From an archaeon (GTDB taxonomy: Archaea > Aenigmatarchaeota > Aenigmatarchaeia > GW2011-AR5): 64,000 bases of DNA. Location of the stretch: NCBI GenBank assembly GCA_028279825.1, contig JANQNA010000008.1:35173-99172 (forward strand). The letters run 5' to 3'. The notes beneath the pieces are model-generated. The model was not told the DNA's origin. It saw only the letters and a list, made by a program, of their open reading frames with translations, and ran no database searches. Positions 39,952 through 49,541 of the stretch are shown one piece after another (position 1 is the first letter of the stretch; each line of letters starts with the position of its first letter). Both the position numbers and the translations under genes were made by a program.

Positions 39952-40260
39952 ATGACAGATTTTCAGTACAGACGTCTTCCTGCTTCGCCAAAGAAGATAA
40001 TTGACATAAATCCCGAGAAAGACGTTAGAATAAGGCTTCTAGGAAAGATTATAGACAAATCAGACGGGACTATAGTTCTGGACGACGGATCTACAACAAC
40101 AACTATTGTTACGGATGCTACGTGTGAGGTAAATGACATGGTGCGTATATTTGCCAGAGTGCTGCCGTTAGAGGACGGATTTGAGCTTCGCGGGGAAATC
40201 GTACAGAATGTGAATAAGCTTGACATGGAGCTGTATAAAAAGATTTACGGAGAAAGGTAG
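39952..40260 (+). CDS. OB-fold nucleic-acid-binding protein
   Basis: 102 aa; beta-rich OB-like pattern; 3 nt upstream of PCNA gene. Confidence 0.4.
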   Translation: MTDFQYRRLPASPKKIIDINPEKDVRIRLLGKIIDKSDGTIVLDDGSTTTTIVTDATCEVNDMVRIFARVLPLEDGFELRGEIVQNVNKLDMELYKKIYGER

Positions 40261-40263
40261 AAA

Positions 40264-41010
40264 ATGTTTGAGGCAAAAACCGAGAATATAACACTTTTGA
40301 GAGACAGCATAGCCACGGTGGCCGAACTTATAGATGAGACGGAACTGCACATAAAGGAGTACGGACTGCAGTTAATAGCTGCTGATCGTGCTGTTGTTGT
40401 CGTTGTTGATTTTTATCTTTCCAGAGAGCTATTCAAAGAGTACAAATATACGGATGACGCAAGGATTGGCATAAACCTGCAAAATTTACTGCAGATCCTG
40501 AAGAGAGCAAGCGATGAAGACATACTAACACTGAAGCTTTCAACAAACAAGCTTGACATAACAATAAAGGGCAAGTCAACAAGGAAATTTGTGCTGCCGT
40601 TAATAGATATATCCAAAGAGGAAACACCACCTTTGAATAAACTGGAATTCTCTTCACATATCTCACTGGATTCTGACATTCTGAGCAGCGGCATTGAAGA
40701 TGCTGAGTTAATAACAGATTCTGTTGTATTCACGATAACCAAGGATCACTTGACAATGAAAGGCGAGAGTGACTCTTCCTTTACGCAACTGGACCTTGCA
40801 CAGGGTGAAGGCGGGTTTAGGATATCTGACATGGGAGAGCCTGTAAGATCAAGATATTCACTGGACTATCTGAAGAAAATAATAAAGGCGAAGAAGTTCT
40901 CACCGGAAGCTAAACTTTCATTGGCTAATGATTATCCACTGAAACTTCAGTTTGAATCCCCAGGAAAAATACAATTAGGGTTTATTCTTGCCCCTCGAGT
41001 TGAGGAGTAG
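40264..41010 (+). CDS. pcn: DNA polymerase sliding clamp PCNA
   Basis: 248 aa, MFEAK N-terminus, two-domain repeat and inter-domain connecting loop typical of archaeal PCNA. Confidence 0.85.
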   Translation: MFEAKTENITLLRDSIATVAELIDETELHIKEYGLQLIAADRAVVVVVDFYLSRELFKEYKYTDDARIGINLQNLLQILKRASDEDILTLKLSTNKLDITIKGKSTRKFVLPLIDISKEETPPLNKLEFSSHISLDSDILSSGIEDAELITDSVVFTITKDHLTMKGESDSSFTQLDLAQGEGGFRISDMGEPVRSRYSLDYLKKIIKAKKFSPEAKLSLANDYPLKLQFESPGKIQLGFILAPRVEE

Positions 41011-41329
41011 TTTCAAACGATTCTATGACATTTCTGAAGTGTCCTATTGCTCTTTCTGTAATAAAACTATGCCTTTTAGGAAGACGCCTGATTGCTTCTT
41101 CGGAAAGCATGTAGCCATCTGCATTTTTTACGGCCAGACCTTCCCTAACCATTCTGTCCATTTCGTATTTTGGATTCGGGTCAGCTAGAGCTGTCCAAAC
41201 ACCAAAAACCTGTGATAAATGAACAATTTCAACGGCAGCGTCTTCAAACTGACGCTTTTGCAATCTTTTGCCGTATGGTGTTGGTCCTTCCGGCGGCACA
41301 ATCTCTTGTGGGTTGTAACGCATGGTCAA
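40982..41329 (-). CDS. hypothetical protein
   Basis: 115 aa ORF convergent with pcn. Confidence 0.35.
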   Translation of the reverse strand: MTMRYNPQEIVPPEGPTPYGKRLQKRQFEDAAVEIVHLSQVFGVWTALADPNPKYEMDRMVREGLAVKNADGYMLSEEAIRRLPKRHSFITERAIGHFRNVIESFETTPQLEGQE

Positions 41330-41455
41330 AGAATATCTAAAATCTTTTTAAAAGAAAGATGCGGGTAAATAAAGATAATTGAATTCATTTTTTACTTGGA
41401 GTGAGAAAAATGTTTATAAACTCAGATGGGAAACTAGTAAAGAGGTGCAACAAAA

Positions 41456-41707
41456 ATGGCAAGAGCTAGAAAGAGTTCAGGTAGTAAATGCAGTTGCAAC
41501 CCAGGTATCTTGGTCATCGCATGGATTTTGATGGCTTTGGGTCTTTGGGCACTTATTGGTGGAATTGCAACGCAATGGATGAGTTCTGCACCTACAGCTG
41601 TTAACGTAACGGTGCTTGGTTGGTATTTCGCAGGTATCCTATTGATATCTCTGGGAAAAATTGCCAAGTGGAAGAGCTGTGGTAACTGCGGAGCACACAA
41701 AATGTAA
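41456..41707 (+). CDS. small membrane protein with paired Cys motifs
   Basis: 83 aa; CSC before and CGNCGAH after two TM helices. Confidence 0.4.
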   Translation: MARARKSSGSKCSCNPGILVIAWILMALGLWALIGGIATQWMSSAPTAVNVTVLGWYFAGILLISLGKIAKWKSCGNCGAHKM

Positions 41708-41770
41708 TAGATTATTTTTTCTTTTTTCCGTAATTTTCTTTATTTAAGATTTGGAAACATATTCTTCTCA

Positions 41771-42967
41771 ATGAAGTATATACCAGTAATGTTCTTGTTC
41801 ATGATCGGGACAGTGTTTGCTGTTTCTTGTGATGTTTATACAATGGAATCGACTTGTGAAGATTCTGACTGTTTCTGGTGTGAAAAGTGTTCATTTAATC
41901 AGCTGAACACTTTTGGCGAAGCAAAGTGTGTTGAAACGTCTGTAGACTGCCTTTATGAATGTTCCACTGTTTGTGGTTCTAATTGCGGCTCCGCCGCTGA
42001 TTGTGAAGTAAATCTGACGGAAACTGATTGTTTCTATGACGGCACTTGCTCTGGTTGTGAATGTGCTTACAAACAGGAAAAGTGTCCCAAACCCGGTGCA
42101 TACGAGGGCAGAACATGCTACTATGGTGAGAGAAACTGTAATGAAAACGGCTGTACGATAAAATCCTGTATCATGCTGCCAAGTGAAACCTGCTCTCCGG
42201 CAGACGGATGTGTTTATTGCGGTCAGGATTACTGTGGTAATAGCGGTGAATTCAACCGTGATTATGAATGCAGAAATGACGATGTCTGGGCGGAACAGGT
42301 CAAATACTATTGCAACGCAACAGCCTGTTCGTACGAGGAAAGAGCCATTCTTGTAGAAAAATGTGATGATGGGTGCAACCTTGGTGCATGTAAGAGTGGT
42401 TTGTGCAATTTACAGGGTACAGAGTTTAACTGCAACGAGCTTGACGGATTCTATGGCAATAAATTCTGCATGGGTGATGATGTTTATTCAAGCCATCGTG
42501 ACTACAAGTGTGTGGAAGGCAAGTGTGAGTTTACTTCTTCAGATGTAAAGAGAGAGTCCTGCGAAAAGTGTGAGAGCGGCTTGTGTGTAACAGAAGAGCC
42601 AACAAATGATACTACAACAATAACGCCTACAATTCCTACCGAGCCTGTAATAACCGGCCCGTACAGCACTTTCAACAAGGGCGGGACTGTTTATAACGGA
42701 TTCCTGTTTGGTCAGGGTAAAGTTATAGTTGATACAGAAAAAGGTGTAAACGGCGTCATTAACTTTTCTATAACCCGCACAAACCGTCTGGGTACTTTGC
42801 AATTAAGAACGGGTGATACACTTCTTGAATTCAGGGAAACAGGTTCGCACCTGATCCCGTTAACAAATATTGGTTCTACTCTTGAATTTTCTGTCACATC
42901 ATCAGGCTGGTTCTTCTTTGCACCGTCCACATACAGCATCGGAAACATCATTTTGAACTATGGATAA
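41771..42967 (+). CDS. secreted cysteine-rich protein (>50 Cys) with Thr/Pro linker and C-terminal beta domain
   Basis: Signal peptide MKYIPVMFLFMIGTVFAVSC; dense Cys pairs (CxxC, CxC) over 280 aa, N-glycosylation sequons, TEEPTNDTTTITPTIPTEP linker. Confidence 0.6.
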   Translation: MKYIPVMFLFMIGTVFAVSCDVYTMESTCEDSDCFWCEKCSFNQLNTFGEAKCVETSVDCLYECSTVCGSNCGSAADCEVNLTETDCFYDGTCSGCECAYKQEKCPKPGAYEGRTCYYGERNCNENGCTIKSCIMLPSETCSPADGCVYCGQDYCGNSGEFNRDYECRNDDVWAEQVKYYCNATACSYEERAILVEKCDDGCNLGACKSGLCNLQGTEFNCNELDGFYGNKFCMGDDVYSSHRDYKCVEGKCEFTSSDVKRESCEKCESGLCVTEEPTNDTTTITPTIPTEPVITGPYSTFNKGGTVYNGFLFGQGKVIVDTEKGVNGVINFSITRTNRLGTLQLRTGDTLLEFRETGSHLIPLTNIGSTLEFSVTSSGWFFFAPSTYSIGNIILNYG

Positions 42968-42999
42968 GTTTAAAAAATCCAAAGTTCTATCTCTAGGAG

Positions 43000-44874
43000 A
43001 TGAAGAACAGATCTTATTACGGTGTAATTGGTAACGGTGAAACCTGTGCGTTTGTTTCTCCCCAGGGGAACATTGAATGGCTCTGCCTGCCTAAGTTTGA
43101 CGGCCAGATTGTTTTCTCTAAAGCTGTCAATAACCAGGGCGGTTCGCTGGATATACAGATAAACGACAACGGACGACAATTGTCATGCAAGGAAGCAAAA
43201 CAGGAATATATAGAGAAAACGGCCATACTCAAGACTACGTTAAAGTACAGCAACCTTCTGGCAGAACTGACGGACTTTATGCCATGGCCTGAGCCTGAGG
43301 CGTTTGAATCAGAGAAAAGAATGATATTCAGGCTTGTTAATCTGAAAAACAAATCAAAAAAGACAATGACATTGTCGCTGAAGATAAGAAGCAGCACTGA
43401 CTTCTGGACGTACAGGGATATTGAAGAGAACAACATTGTTCCCGGACACGGCTATGCTTTTGCTACGACATTCCTGGGCAATCTAAATTCCATAAAATTG
43501 AAACCAGGTGAATCAAAGCAGGTTGCAATTGTTTTTGTTTACGGAAAGAACGCAGCAGAAGTGAAAAAGGTTCTTACAAAGAAGAAACTTTTGGATCCAG
43601 ATATGCAGTTCAAGAAATGTATTAACTTCTGGTACACGTGGTGGGACAAGGGCTACACCTTGAAATCTGACAACAAGGCTTACAGAAAAGCGTACATATC
43701 TTCGTTGATAATAATGAAACTCATGAACTACGAGAAAACGGGTTCTATAATGGCCGCTGCCACGACTTCTTTACCTGCTTCACCCGTTGGAACTCACTCT
43801 TGGGATTACAGGTTCACATGGATAAGAGACGCTTACTATGCATGCAGGGCGTTTTTGGCCACGGGTCATTTCGAGGAAGTGAAAAAACAGCTGGCATTCT
43901 TTTACAAGCTTCAGGAAAGAAACGGTCACTGGGATTCGCCATTTTATACGATAGACGGGAAAGAACCGGGAGATGAGATAGAAATTGATCTGGGCGGGGA
44001 AATCTTAAGATTAAGTAACGGTGCAAAAAATCAATTACAGTTAGACAGTGAGGGGAGTGTTGTATATGCTACTTATCTTTACTATCTTTATTCAAAGGAT
44101 TTGAAATTTTTGGAAAAACACTGGAAACAAATAAGAGCAGCGGCTGAATGGACTTCCAAGAACTTCAACAAAGAGGAAAACGGCATATGGGAATTTCGTA
44201 ACAGAACCGTTCACTGGGTATACGGGAAAGTTATGTGTTATCTTTGCATGGAAGCTGCAATGAAGATAAGCGACATACTAAAGGAAAAAACTCCAAAACA
44301 TTGGGGTAAAGTAAGATCAAAAATAAAATCTGATGTCGTGAAGCATGGCTGGTCAAACCATAGAAAAGCATTTTTACAGTCATATGATGAGGACAGTGCC
44401 GCTGACGTGTCAGTGATGGCTCTGGAAGATTATGGCTTAGTCAAACCAATGGACAAAAAAATGAAGCAGACTATAAAGCTAATAGAAGACAAGCTGAATA
44501 TGAACGGCGGATTTAAAAGGAATGAAGATGCACAGCTGCCGTTTTATTTTACATCTCTCTGGATTGCGTCGCACTATCTGAGAGCGGGGAATAAAAAACG
44601 TGCAACAGAAATCATAAAGACCTGTCTGGAGAGTTCTACGAGTTTGTATTTAATGGCTGAACATTTTGATGCAAGGAATAAAATGCAATATGGTAATTTC
44701 CCGCAGACCTTCAATACGTCAATGCTTATAGAAAGATTAATAGAAATAGAAAACAAAGGTTTTGAGATAGAGAAACTGCTTGGCGTGTTTAATAAAGGAT
44801 TCCAGTGGGCCACGAGATACGATACGGAAGAACTAATAAAACATTCTGAAAAAGCTTTGGAGTACGGTGAGTAG
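43000..44874 (+). CDS. glycoside hydrolase family 15 (glucoamylase/glucodextranase-like)
   Basis: (alpha/alpha)6 catalytic-domain blocks incl. SWDYRFTWIRDAYYACRAFL (W-x-RD) and general acid region; 624 aa. Confidence 0.8.
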   Translation: MKNRSYYGVIGNGETCAFVSPQGNIEWLCLPKFDGQIVFSKAVNNQGGSLDIQINDNGRQLSCKEAKQEYIEKTAILKTTLKYSNLLAELTDFMPWPEPEAFESEKRMIFRLVNLKNKSKKTMTLSLKIRSSTDFWTYRDIEENNIVPGHGYAFATTFLGNLNSIKLKPGESKQVAIVFVYGKNAAEVKKVLTKKKLLDPDMQFKKCINFWYTWWDKGYTLKSDNKAYRKAYISSLIIMKLMNYEKTGSIMAAATTSLPASPVGTHSWDYRFTWIRDAYYACRAFLATGHFEEVKKQLAFFYKLQERNGHWDSPFYTIDGKEPGDEIEIDLGGEILRLSNGAKNQLQLDSEGSVVYATYLYYLYSKDLKFLEKHWKQIRAAAEWTSKNFNKEENGIWEFRNRTVHWVYGKVMCYLCMEAAMKISDILKEKTPKHWGKVRSKIKSDVVKHGWSNHRKAFLQSYDEDSAADVSVMALEDYGLVKPMDKKMKQTIKLIEDKLNMNGGFKRNEDAQLPFYFTSLWIASHYLRAGNKKRATEIIKTCLESSTSLYLMAEHFDARNKMQYGNFPQTFNTSMLIERLIEIENKGFEIEKLLGVFNKGFQWATRYDTEELIKHSEKALEYGE

Positions 44875-44875
44875 T

Positions 44876-46318
44876 TTACTTCTTTGATATGCGCATTCTG
44901 TTCTTGGATAAGACACCCATTATTGTTTTTGCCGTATCTCTCGGATGTGTTATTGCCGTCTTTGTTGTGCCAGTAAAGTCGCTCCGTATGTTTTGTTTTA
45001 TGTATTTGATTCTGAAAAAGTTTAGCTCCTCACGGGCCTCCAGAAATACATTCTTGAATTCCTCCCTGCTGATAGATTCATCCAAAAGCAGCGGATTATC
45101 CATGTTCTGATGTGTTAAAATGTCCCAGTTCATACCTTCGTCCGACACCTTTCCCCTTTGCTTTGCAACTTCCCACATGTCCGTACCAGGGAACGGCGTC
45201 ATTACAAAACACCAGATACCGTCTGCGCCGTTTTCTTTGGCGAATTTTATGAAGTCTATTGTTTCCCTCATTTCCGCTATAGTTTCCGTGGGAGTACCAA
45301 ATATAAGACTTCCGTAAACAGCAAACCCGTATTTTTTACAGGTTACAATAGCCTGTCTGTTTTTCTCAACGGTTGTCGTATTCTTTTTCAGATAGGCCAG
45401 AACTCTTTCACTTCCGCTTTCAAAGCCAAAACCAATTGTTTTTGTGTTCAGTGATTTTAATGTCTGGCAAACGTCATCATTTATGGAATCACTCCTGGCC
45501 TGACATGCTATTGTCATATCGTCCAGCACGCCCCTTTCCTTCAAGATATCGCGAATATCCTTCAGCCTTTTTACGTTAGCAGGGAACAGATCATCCCAGA
45601 CACTGTAGTGTTTTACCTTATATTTCTCCCTAAGAAGCATGATTTCTTCTACCACTCTTTCAGGACTATGGAATCTCACAGTCTTCCAGAAATGAGCCGT
45701 TGAACAGAATATACACTTGAAAGGACAACCACGGCTTGTGAGTATTGTTCCTTCTCTTGTGTGCTTTCCTGCACCGGAAACCATTTTCTTCTTGAAATAT
45801 CCCTTGTGCATGTAATCTCTGTCAGGAACAGGAATATCATCAATAGGATCTATCTGAGGTCGCAATTCTGTCTGTACTAATTTGTCATCCTTCCAGAAAA
45901 CCAAGCCCTTGATATCTTTCAGTTTTTCCTTGTCAAATTTGCCTTCCCTGCGGAAAGACTCCATTAGTTCGAGAAACGTCTGCTCACCTTCACCGGAAAC
46001 AGCTACGTCAAAACATTTTGGCATAGAGACTGGACAGGTGGAAATATGCACACCGCCCAGAATAACCGGTATGTTTAGCTCCTCCTTTATTCTCTGTGCC
46101 ATATTTGAGACATCGCCGATAAAAATAGTCATGGCTGAAAGACCAACAACATCAGGCTTGTATCTTTTCAGCTCGGTCATCGGATCTTCAAAATTAGCAT
46201 CAATTATTTTTACGTCGTTGAAGCCACCCTTTTCACGGATATATGTAGCCAGATAAGCTAAAGTAATCGGAGAAACAAGATCCCTATCCTTAACAATAGT
46301 CACTAATGCTATCTTCAT
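44876..46318 (-). CDS. B12-binding domain radical SAM protein
   Basis: N-terminal cobalamin-binding Rossmann-like domain, then radical SAM CPFKCIFCS (CxxxCxxC) motif. Confidence 0.85.
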   Translation of the reverse strand: MKIALVTIVKDRDLVSPITLAYLATYIREKGGFNDVKIIDANFEDPMTELKRYKPDVVGLSAMTIFIGDVSNMAQRIKEELNIPVILGGVHISTCPVSMPKCFDVAVSGEGEQTFLELMESFRREGKFDKEKLKDIKGLVFWKDDKLVQTELRPQIDPIDDIPVPDRDYMHKGYFKKKMVSGAGKHTREGTILTSRGCPFKCIFCSTAHFWKTVRFHSPERVVEEIMLLREKYKVKHYSVWDDLFPANVKRLKDIRDILKERGVLDDMTIACQARSDSINDDVCQTLKSLNTKTIGFGFESGSERVLAYLKKNTTTVEKNRQAIVTCKKYGFAVYGSLIFGTPTETIAEMRETIDFIKFAKENGADGIWCFVMTPFPGTDMWEVAKQRGKVSDEGMNWDILTHQNMDNPLLLDESISREEFKNVFLEAREELNFFRIKYIKQNIRSDFTGTTKTAITHPRDTAKTIMGVLSKNRMRISKK

Positions 46319-46440
46319 TAAACCGCTCCCCTAAGATTGTTTAGAATTAGCATATTTATAGTTATAATACGATTTTTTGGCCACTTTGTTTGCATTCGAA
46401 CCCCAACATGTATTAATATTTTCTTAGACAAGACAACAGT

Positions 46441-47088
46441 ATGAATTTTAATATTAAGGATTTTATGACTACTGACTTCTCATATTGGATAGGGCTTGTT
46501 CAAAGTGATGGTGGATTGTGTAGATGGGAAAAAGATAAGAAAATTCGCTATAGATTAGACTTCAATAACACAAGTTTGTTGTTAGCAAAAAAATTTCAGC
46601 TAGGTACAAGATACTTCAATGCAAATGTCAAGATATATAAGTTCAGATCAAAGAGAAATCAATATAGTTGTCAGTTTGTTGTTAACTCTGTTATTGATAT
46701 CTTGAAAACAATGAATATTGTCTACAAAAGGAAGGATTTTATACCACCATATTGGATAATAGAAAATCCTAAGTTTTTTGGATCTTACTTGGCTGGTTTG
46801 ATAGATGGTGATGGTACTGTTAGCATAAAACGAAAAAAATACCCACAATGTAGAATTAGGATATTGTCTCCTGTTAGACAAAATAAATTATCAAATCTTA
46901 TTGGTAATTTCATGAAATGTAGTGCTTTTGTTTATGAGCATAATGCGGGCCATACAACTTGCCCCTGCTTAGAATTCTATGTGACACCTAAGAATTCTGC
47001 ATTTATTAAGACTTTTGTTTTACCATATTTGAATTTAAACTACAAAAAAACAATGATTAAGAGGTATATGAAAACAAGGGGACTATAG
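46441..47088 (+). CDS. LAGLIDADG homing endonuclease (double-motif)
   Basis: Second motif SYLAGLIDGDGTVSI is canonical; first motif degenerate (YWIGLVQSDGGL); last 10 nt incl. stop overlap the 5' end of tRNA-Trp. Confidence 0.65.
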   Translation: MNFNIKDFMTTDFSYWIGLVQSDGGLCRWEKDKKIRYRLDFNNTSLLLAKKFQLGTRYFNANVKIYKFRSKRNQYSCQFVVNSVIDILKTMNIVYKRKDFIPPYWIIENPKFFGSYLAGLIDGDGTVSIKRKKYPQCRIRILSPVRQNKLSNLIGNFMKCSAFVYEHNAGHTTCPCLEFYVTPKNSAFIKTFVLPYLNLNYKKTMIKRYMKTRGL

Positions 47089-47243
47089 TCTAACCAGGCA
47101 TGACGTCGCGCTCCAGCAAGGCTTTTCTTTCAAAAAGAAAATCCTTGAGGCAAAAGAAACTATTACAGTTGGAGCCTTGAGACGAGCGAAGCTCGTCTGT
47201 GAGAAGAAACGCGATGGTGGGGGTTCGAATCCCTCTGGTCCCA
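47079..47243 (+). tRNA. tRNA-Trp(CCA) with 92-nt intron at canonical 37/38 position (intron 47117..47208)
   Basis: Acceptor GGGACTA/TGGTCCC + A73; anticodon stem TCGCG/CGCGA; loop CU-CCA-G|intron|A; T-arm GGGGG-TTCGAAT-CCCTC. Folded by eye; D-arm is non-canonical (3 bp). Confidence 0.7.
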
Positions 47244-47244
47244 T

Positions 47245-47976
47245 TTATTTCCATATACCTTCAAAGAACTCTTTGTAATACTCATAATTCATTTTCGACT
47301 TTATCATGAATACAGTTGGTTTATCTTTCCAAATAACTGTCATGACGTGGTCTTTGAAAATGAATGTACCAATTGGTAGTTTTTGATCAGTAAATTTAAC
47401 TTTCATGTCCTTGTATATATGATTTTTCTTGACTATACTCTTCAATGATATGTGTGACAGTAACCTAACTTTGATCCCCTTTTCTAGCCTCTTTTTATGA
47501 TAATTCTTGAAAAAATTGATGACTCTCTTTTCTCCCAGCATTCCACCAAGCATGAATCCTTGATATTCCTCGCCTCTTTTCAGCGTACCTAGAATCAGAT
47601 TGAATGCTGATTTTACACCATCGTATGATTCATATACAGTTGCTTCTTGCTGTTCTCTAGTTAGCTTTCTTCGCTGTTCTATCTGTGGAATTAACTTCTC
47701 TTTTAGCTCTTTTTTCTGACTAATTATCTCTTTTTCTTTTTCATTTAGAATATCAACCAAGTTACTTGGATGTGAAGCACGGAAATGTTTTACGTTGTTC
47801 TTTACAACAAAACTGACGAGTCCCTTTTCTACTAGTTTGTCCAGGATTGAATATATCTTTGAATCTGTAATCCTCGCTCTTTCTATGATAGGCCCTACTG
47901 TACTACTCTCCAGTTCGAGTAGCGCAAAGTATACCTTTATCTCCGACTTATTCAGTATCTGTTCCAGTACGTCCAT
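47245..47976 (-). CDS. TrmB-family transcriptional regulator
   Basis: N-terminal TrmB wHTH (KVYFALLELESSTVGPIIERARITDSKIYSILDKLVEKGLVS) and C-terminal effector domain; 243 aa. Confidence 0.7.
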   Translation of the reverse strand: MDVLEQILNKSEIKVYFALLELESSTVGPIIERARITDSKIYSILDKLVEKGLVSFVVKNNVKHFRASHPSNLVDILNEKEKEIISQKKELKEKLIPQIEQRRKLTREQQEATVYESYDGVKSAFNLILGTLKRGEEYQGFMLGGMLGEKRVINFFKNYHKKRLEKGIKVRLLSHISLKSIVKKNHIYKDMKVKFTDQKLPIGTFIFKDHVMTVIWKDKPTVFMIKSKMNYEYYKEFFEGIWK

Positions 47977-48083
47977 GATAATACATGTCTAGGACGTAAT
48001 ATAAAGCTACTTATTACCCCCTCTTCAGTAGGGGGTTAAATTTATCATGCCTCAGTAGTAATGTTTGACAGGAGTGTGGTAAA

Positions 48084-48287
48084 ATGACAGAACAAATGAG
48101 CGGAGAGGATCTTGCTATAGCAAGTAAATTAGAAAAAGATATGCTTCGACAAATTTCAGATGGTCGTCCTGTAGCATATGCCGAAATGGAAATGATGGAT
48201 CAACTATATAGAAAGACGGATGGTCGTCACGGACAGGATTATAAGAAGCAAGTGGAATCTTTCCTTATAGGAGGACTAGGTGAATAA
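48084..48287 (+). CDS. hypothetical protein (GRHG motif)
   Basis: 67 aa; LYRKTDGRHGQDY motif shared with next gene. Confidence 0.3.
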   Translation: MTEQMSGEDLAIASKLEKDMLRQISDGRPVAYAEMEMMDQLYRKTDGRHGQDYKKQVESFLIGGLGE

Positions 48288-48309
48288 GAATGGATAAAAT
48301 AGTGAAGAA

Positions 48310-48927
48310 ATGCGCCAAAAAGACAGGGAAATAATAAGGGTTGAAACACAAAAATATGTGAGGGGTCTTTCAGATCCGGGAAGTTGCTTCGTCAGGACTG
48401 AAGAGGAATTCCTGCACAGGATTTATGTACAAACTGAGGGGAGACACGGCACAAAAATGGATGGATATTCAGTGGATGAAGTTGTAACGCGACTATTTGG
48501 TCAGGTAAGGACCAAAGCAAAAGATGTCGGAAGACCTTATGTAGATGATCAGTTAGATGGATTATTCGATTTACTTGGCATTCAGGAAGTTCAAACAACT
48601 TATGTTGGTTTTAGTCGTGCCTCAGATATGTGTATTCAATTCCTTTATTCTGAAGGGTCTGGAGAAGCTGTATTAACTTTGAAGGATGAAACCGTCGAAC
48701 AGGAACCTGGATATACTCTTATCCATTTAGATGTGGATAGTGATAACCCAGTAAGGTTAAACGGATTTTATAGTACCCACGCAGAACATTTACAAGGTAG
48801 TGGACAGTTCGATGGAAAAATAGGTAGACTCGGGGGACTTGGAAAAAATGAAGAGCAAGAACAATTTGTTGTTAAGGGAATACTAGGAGATTTTTTAATG
48901 GCAAGAAGCTATGAGGATGTAAATTAG
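48310..48927 (+). CDS. hypothetical protein (GRHG motif)
   Basis: 205 aa; IYVQTEGRHGTKMDGY paralogous to upstream ORF. Confidence 0.4.
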   Translation: MRQKDREIIRVETQKYVRGLSDPGSCFVRTEEEFLHRIYVQTEGRHGTKMDGYSVDEVVTRLFGQVRTKAKDVGRPYVDDQLDGLFDLLGIQEVQTTYVGFSRASDMCIQFLYSEGSGEAVLTLKDETVEQEPGYTLIHLDVDSDNPVRLNGFYSTHAEHLQGSGQFDGKIGRLGGLGKNEEQEQFVVKGILGDFLMARSYEDVN

Positions 48928-48986
48928 ACATGAGATTCCCTCTGACCCCATTTTTTCTTTAAATTTGTTTTTGCTAACTGATGTGA

Positions 48987-49541
48987 ATGCCTGAAGTCAC
49001 ATTGTTTTGCGGGCCTGGTGAAGTATATCGCGGGTTGCCCGAGAGTGAAGTAGTCCAGAGATACATGTTAATGGCTGAACGTGAATTTGACAGGCTTATT
49101 CGTTTTGATGATCAATACGCGAGAGAACATGTAGATACGCCGGATTTTCAGGAAACTCTTGGACTAAAAGGCGGGAAACCGCTTGTTTTTACGGTATTTG
49201 CTGAACAGCCCGTTGTTTATGTCGGCGGAGAACCTGTCAGGATCACGTCTTCAAGTAATCTGTTCACTCCCAGATACAAGAAAGGCGTATGGCTTCCTGA
49301 TCTGGAAGTTATACAGGTTGCAAGTGAAAATGCAAGGGATGTGGACGTCATGCTTTTAGAATTAGAAAATTTGTACGCCGGTAAAAACAACTGGAAAACG
49401 TTCAGGTGGCGGTCCAGATTGAAAAGAAAAAAAGTTCCGGGTTCAGGCAGAATTGAGGCATTAGAAGTGATTGATTCTGAAGAAACACGTCGCATTGCCA
49501 AAGATGTCGTTGATTATGATCCAGAAAAGCTGTGTTTCTAA
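48987..49541 (+). CDS. hypothetical protein
   Basis: 184 aa ORF. Confidence 0.4.
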   Translation: MPEVTLFCGPGEVYRGLPESEVVQRYMLMAEREFDRLIRFDDQYAREHVDTPDFQETLGLKGGKPLVFTVFAEQPVVYVGGEPVRITSSSNLFTPRYKKGVWLPDLEVIQVASENARDVDVMLLELENLYAGKNNWKTFRWRSRLKRKKVPGSGRIEALEVIDSEETRRIAKDVVDYDPEKLCF

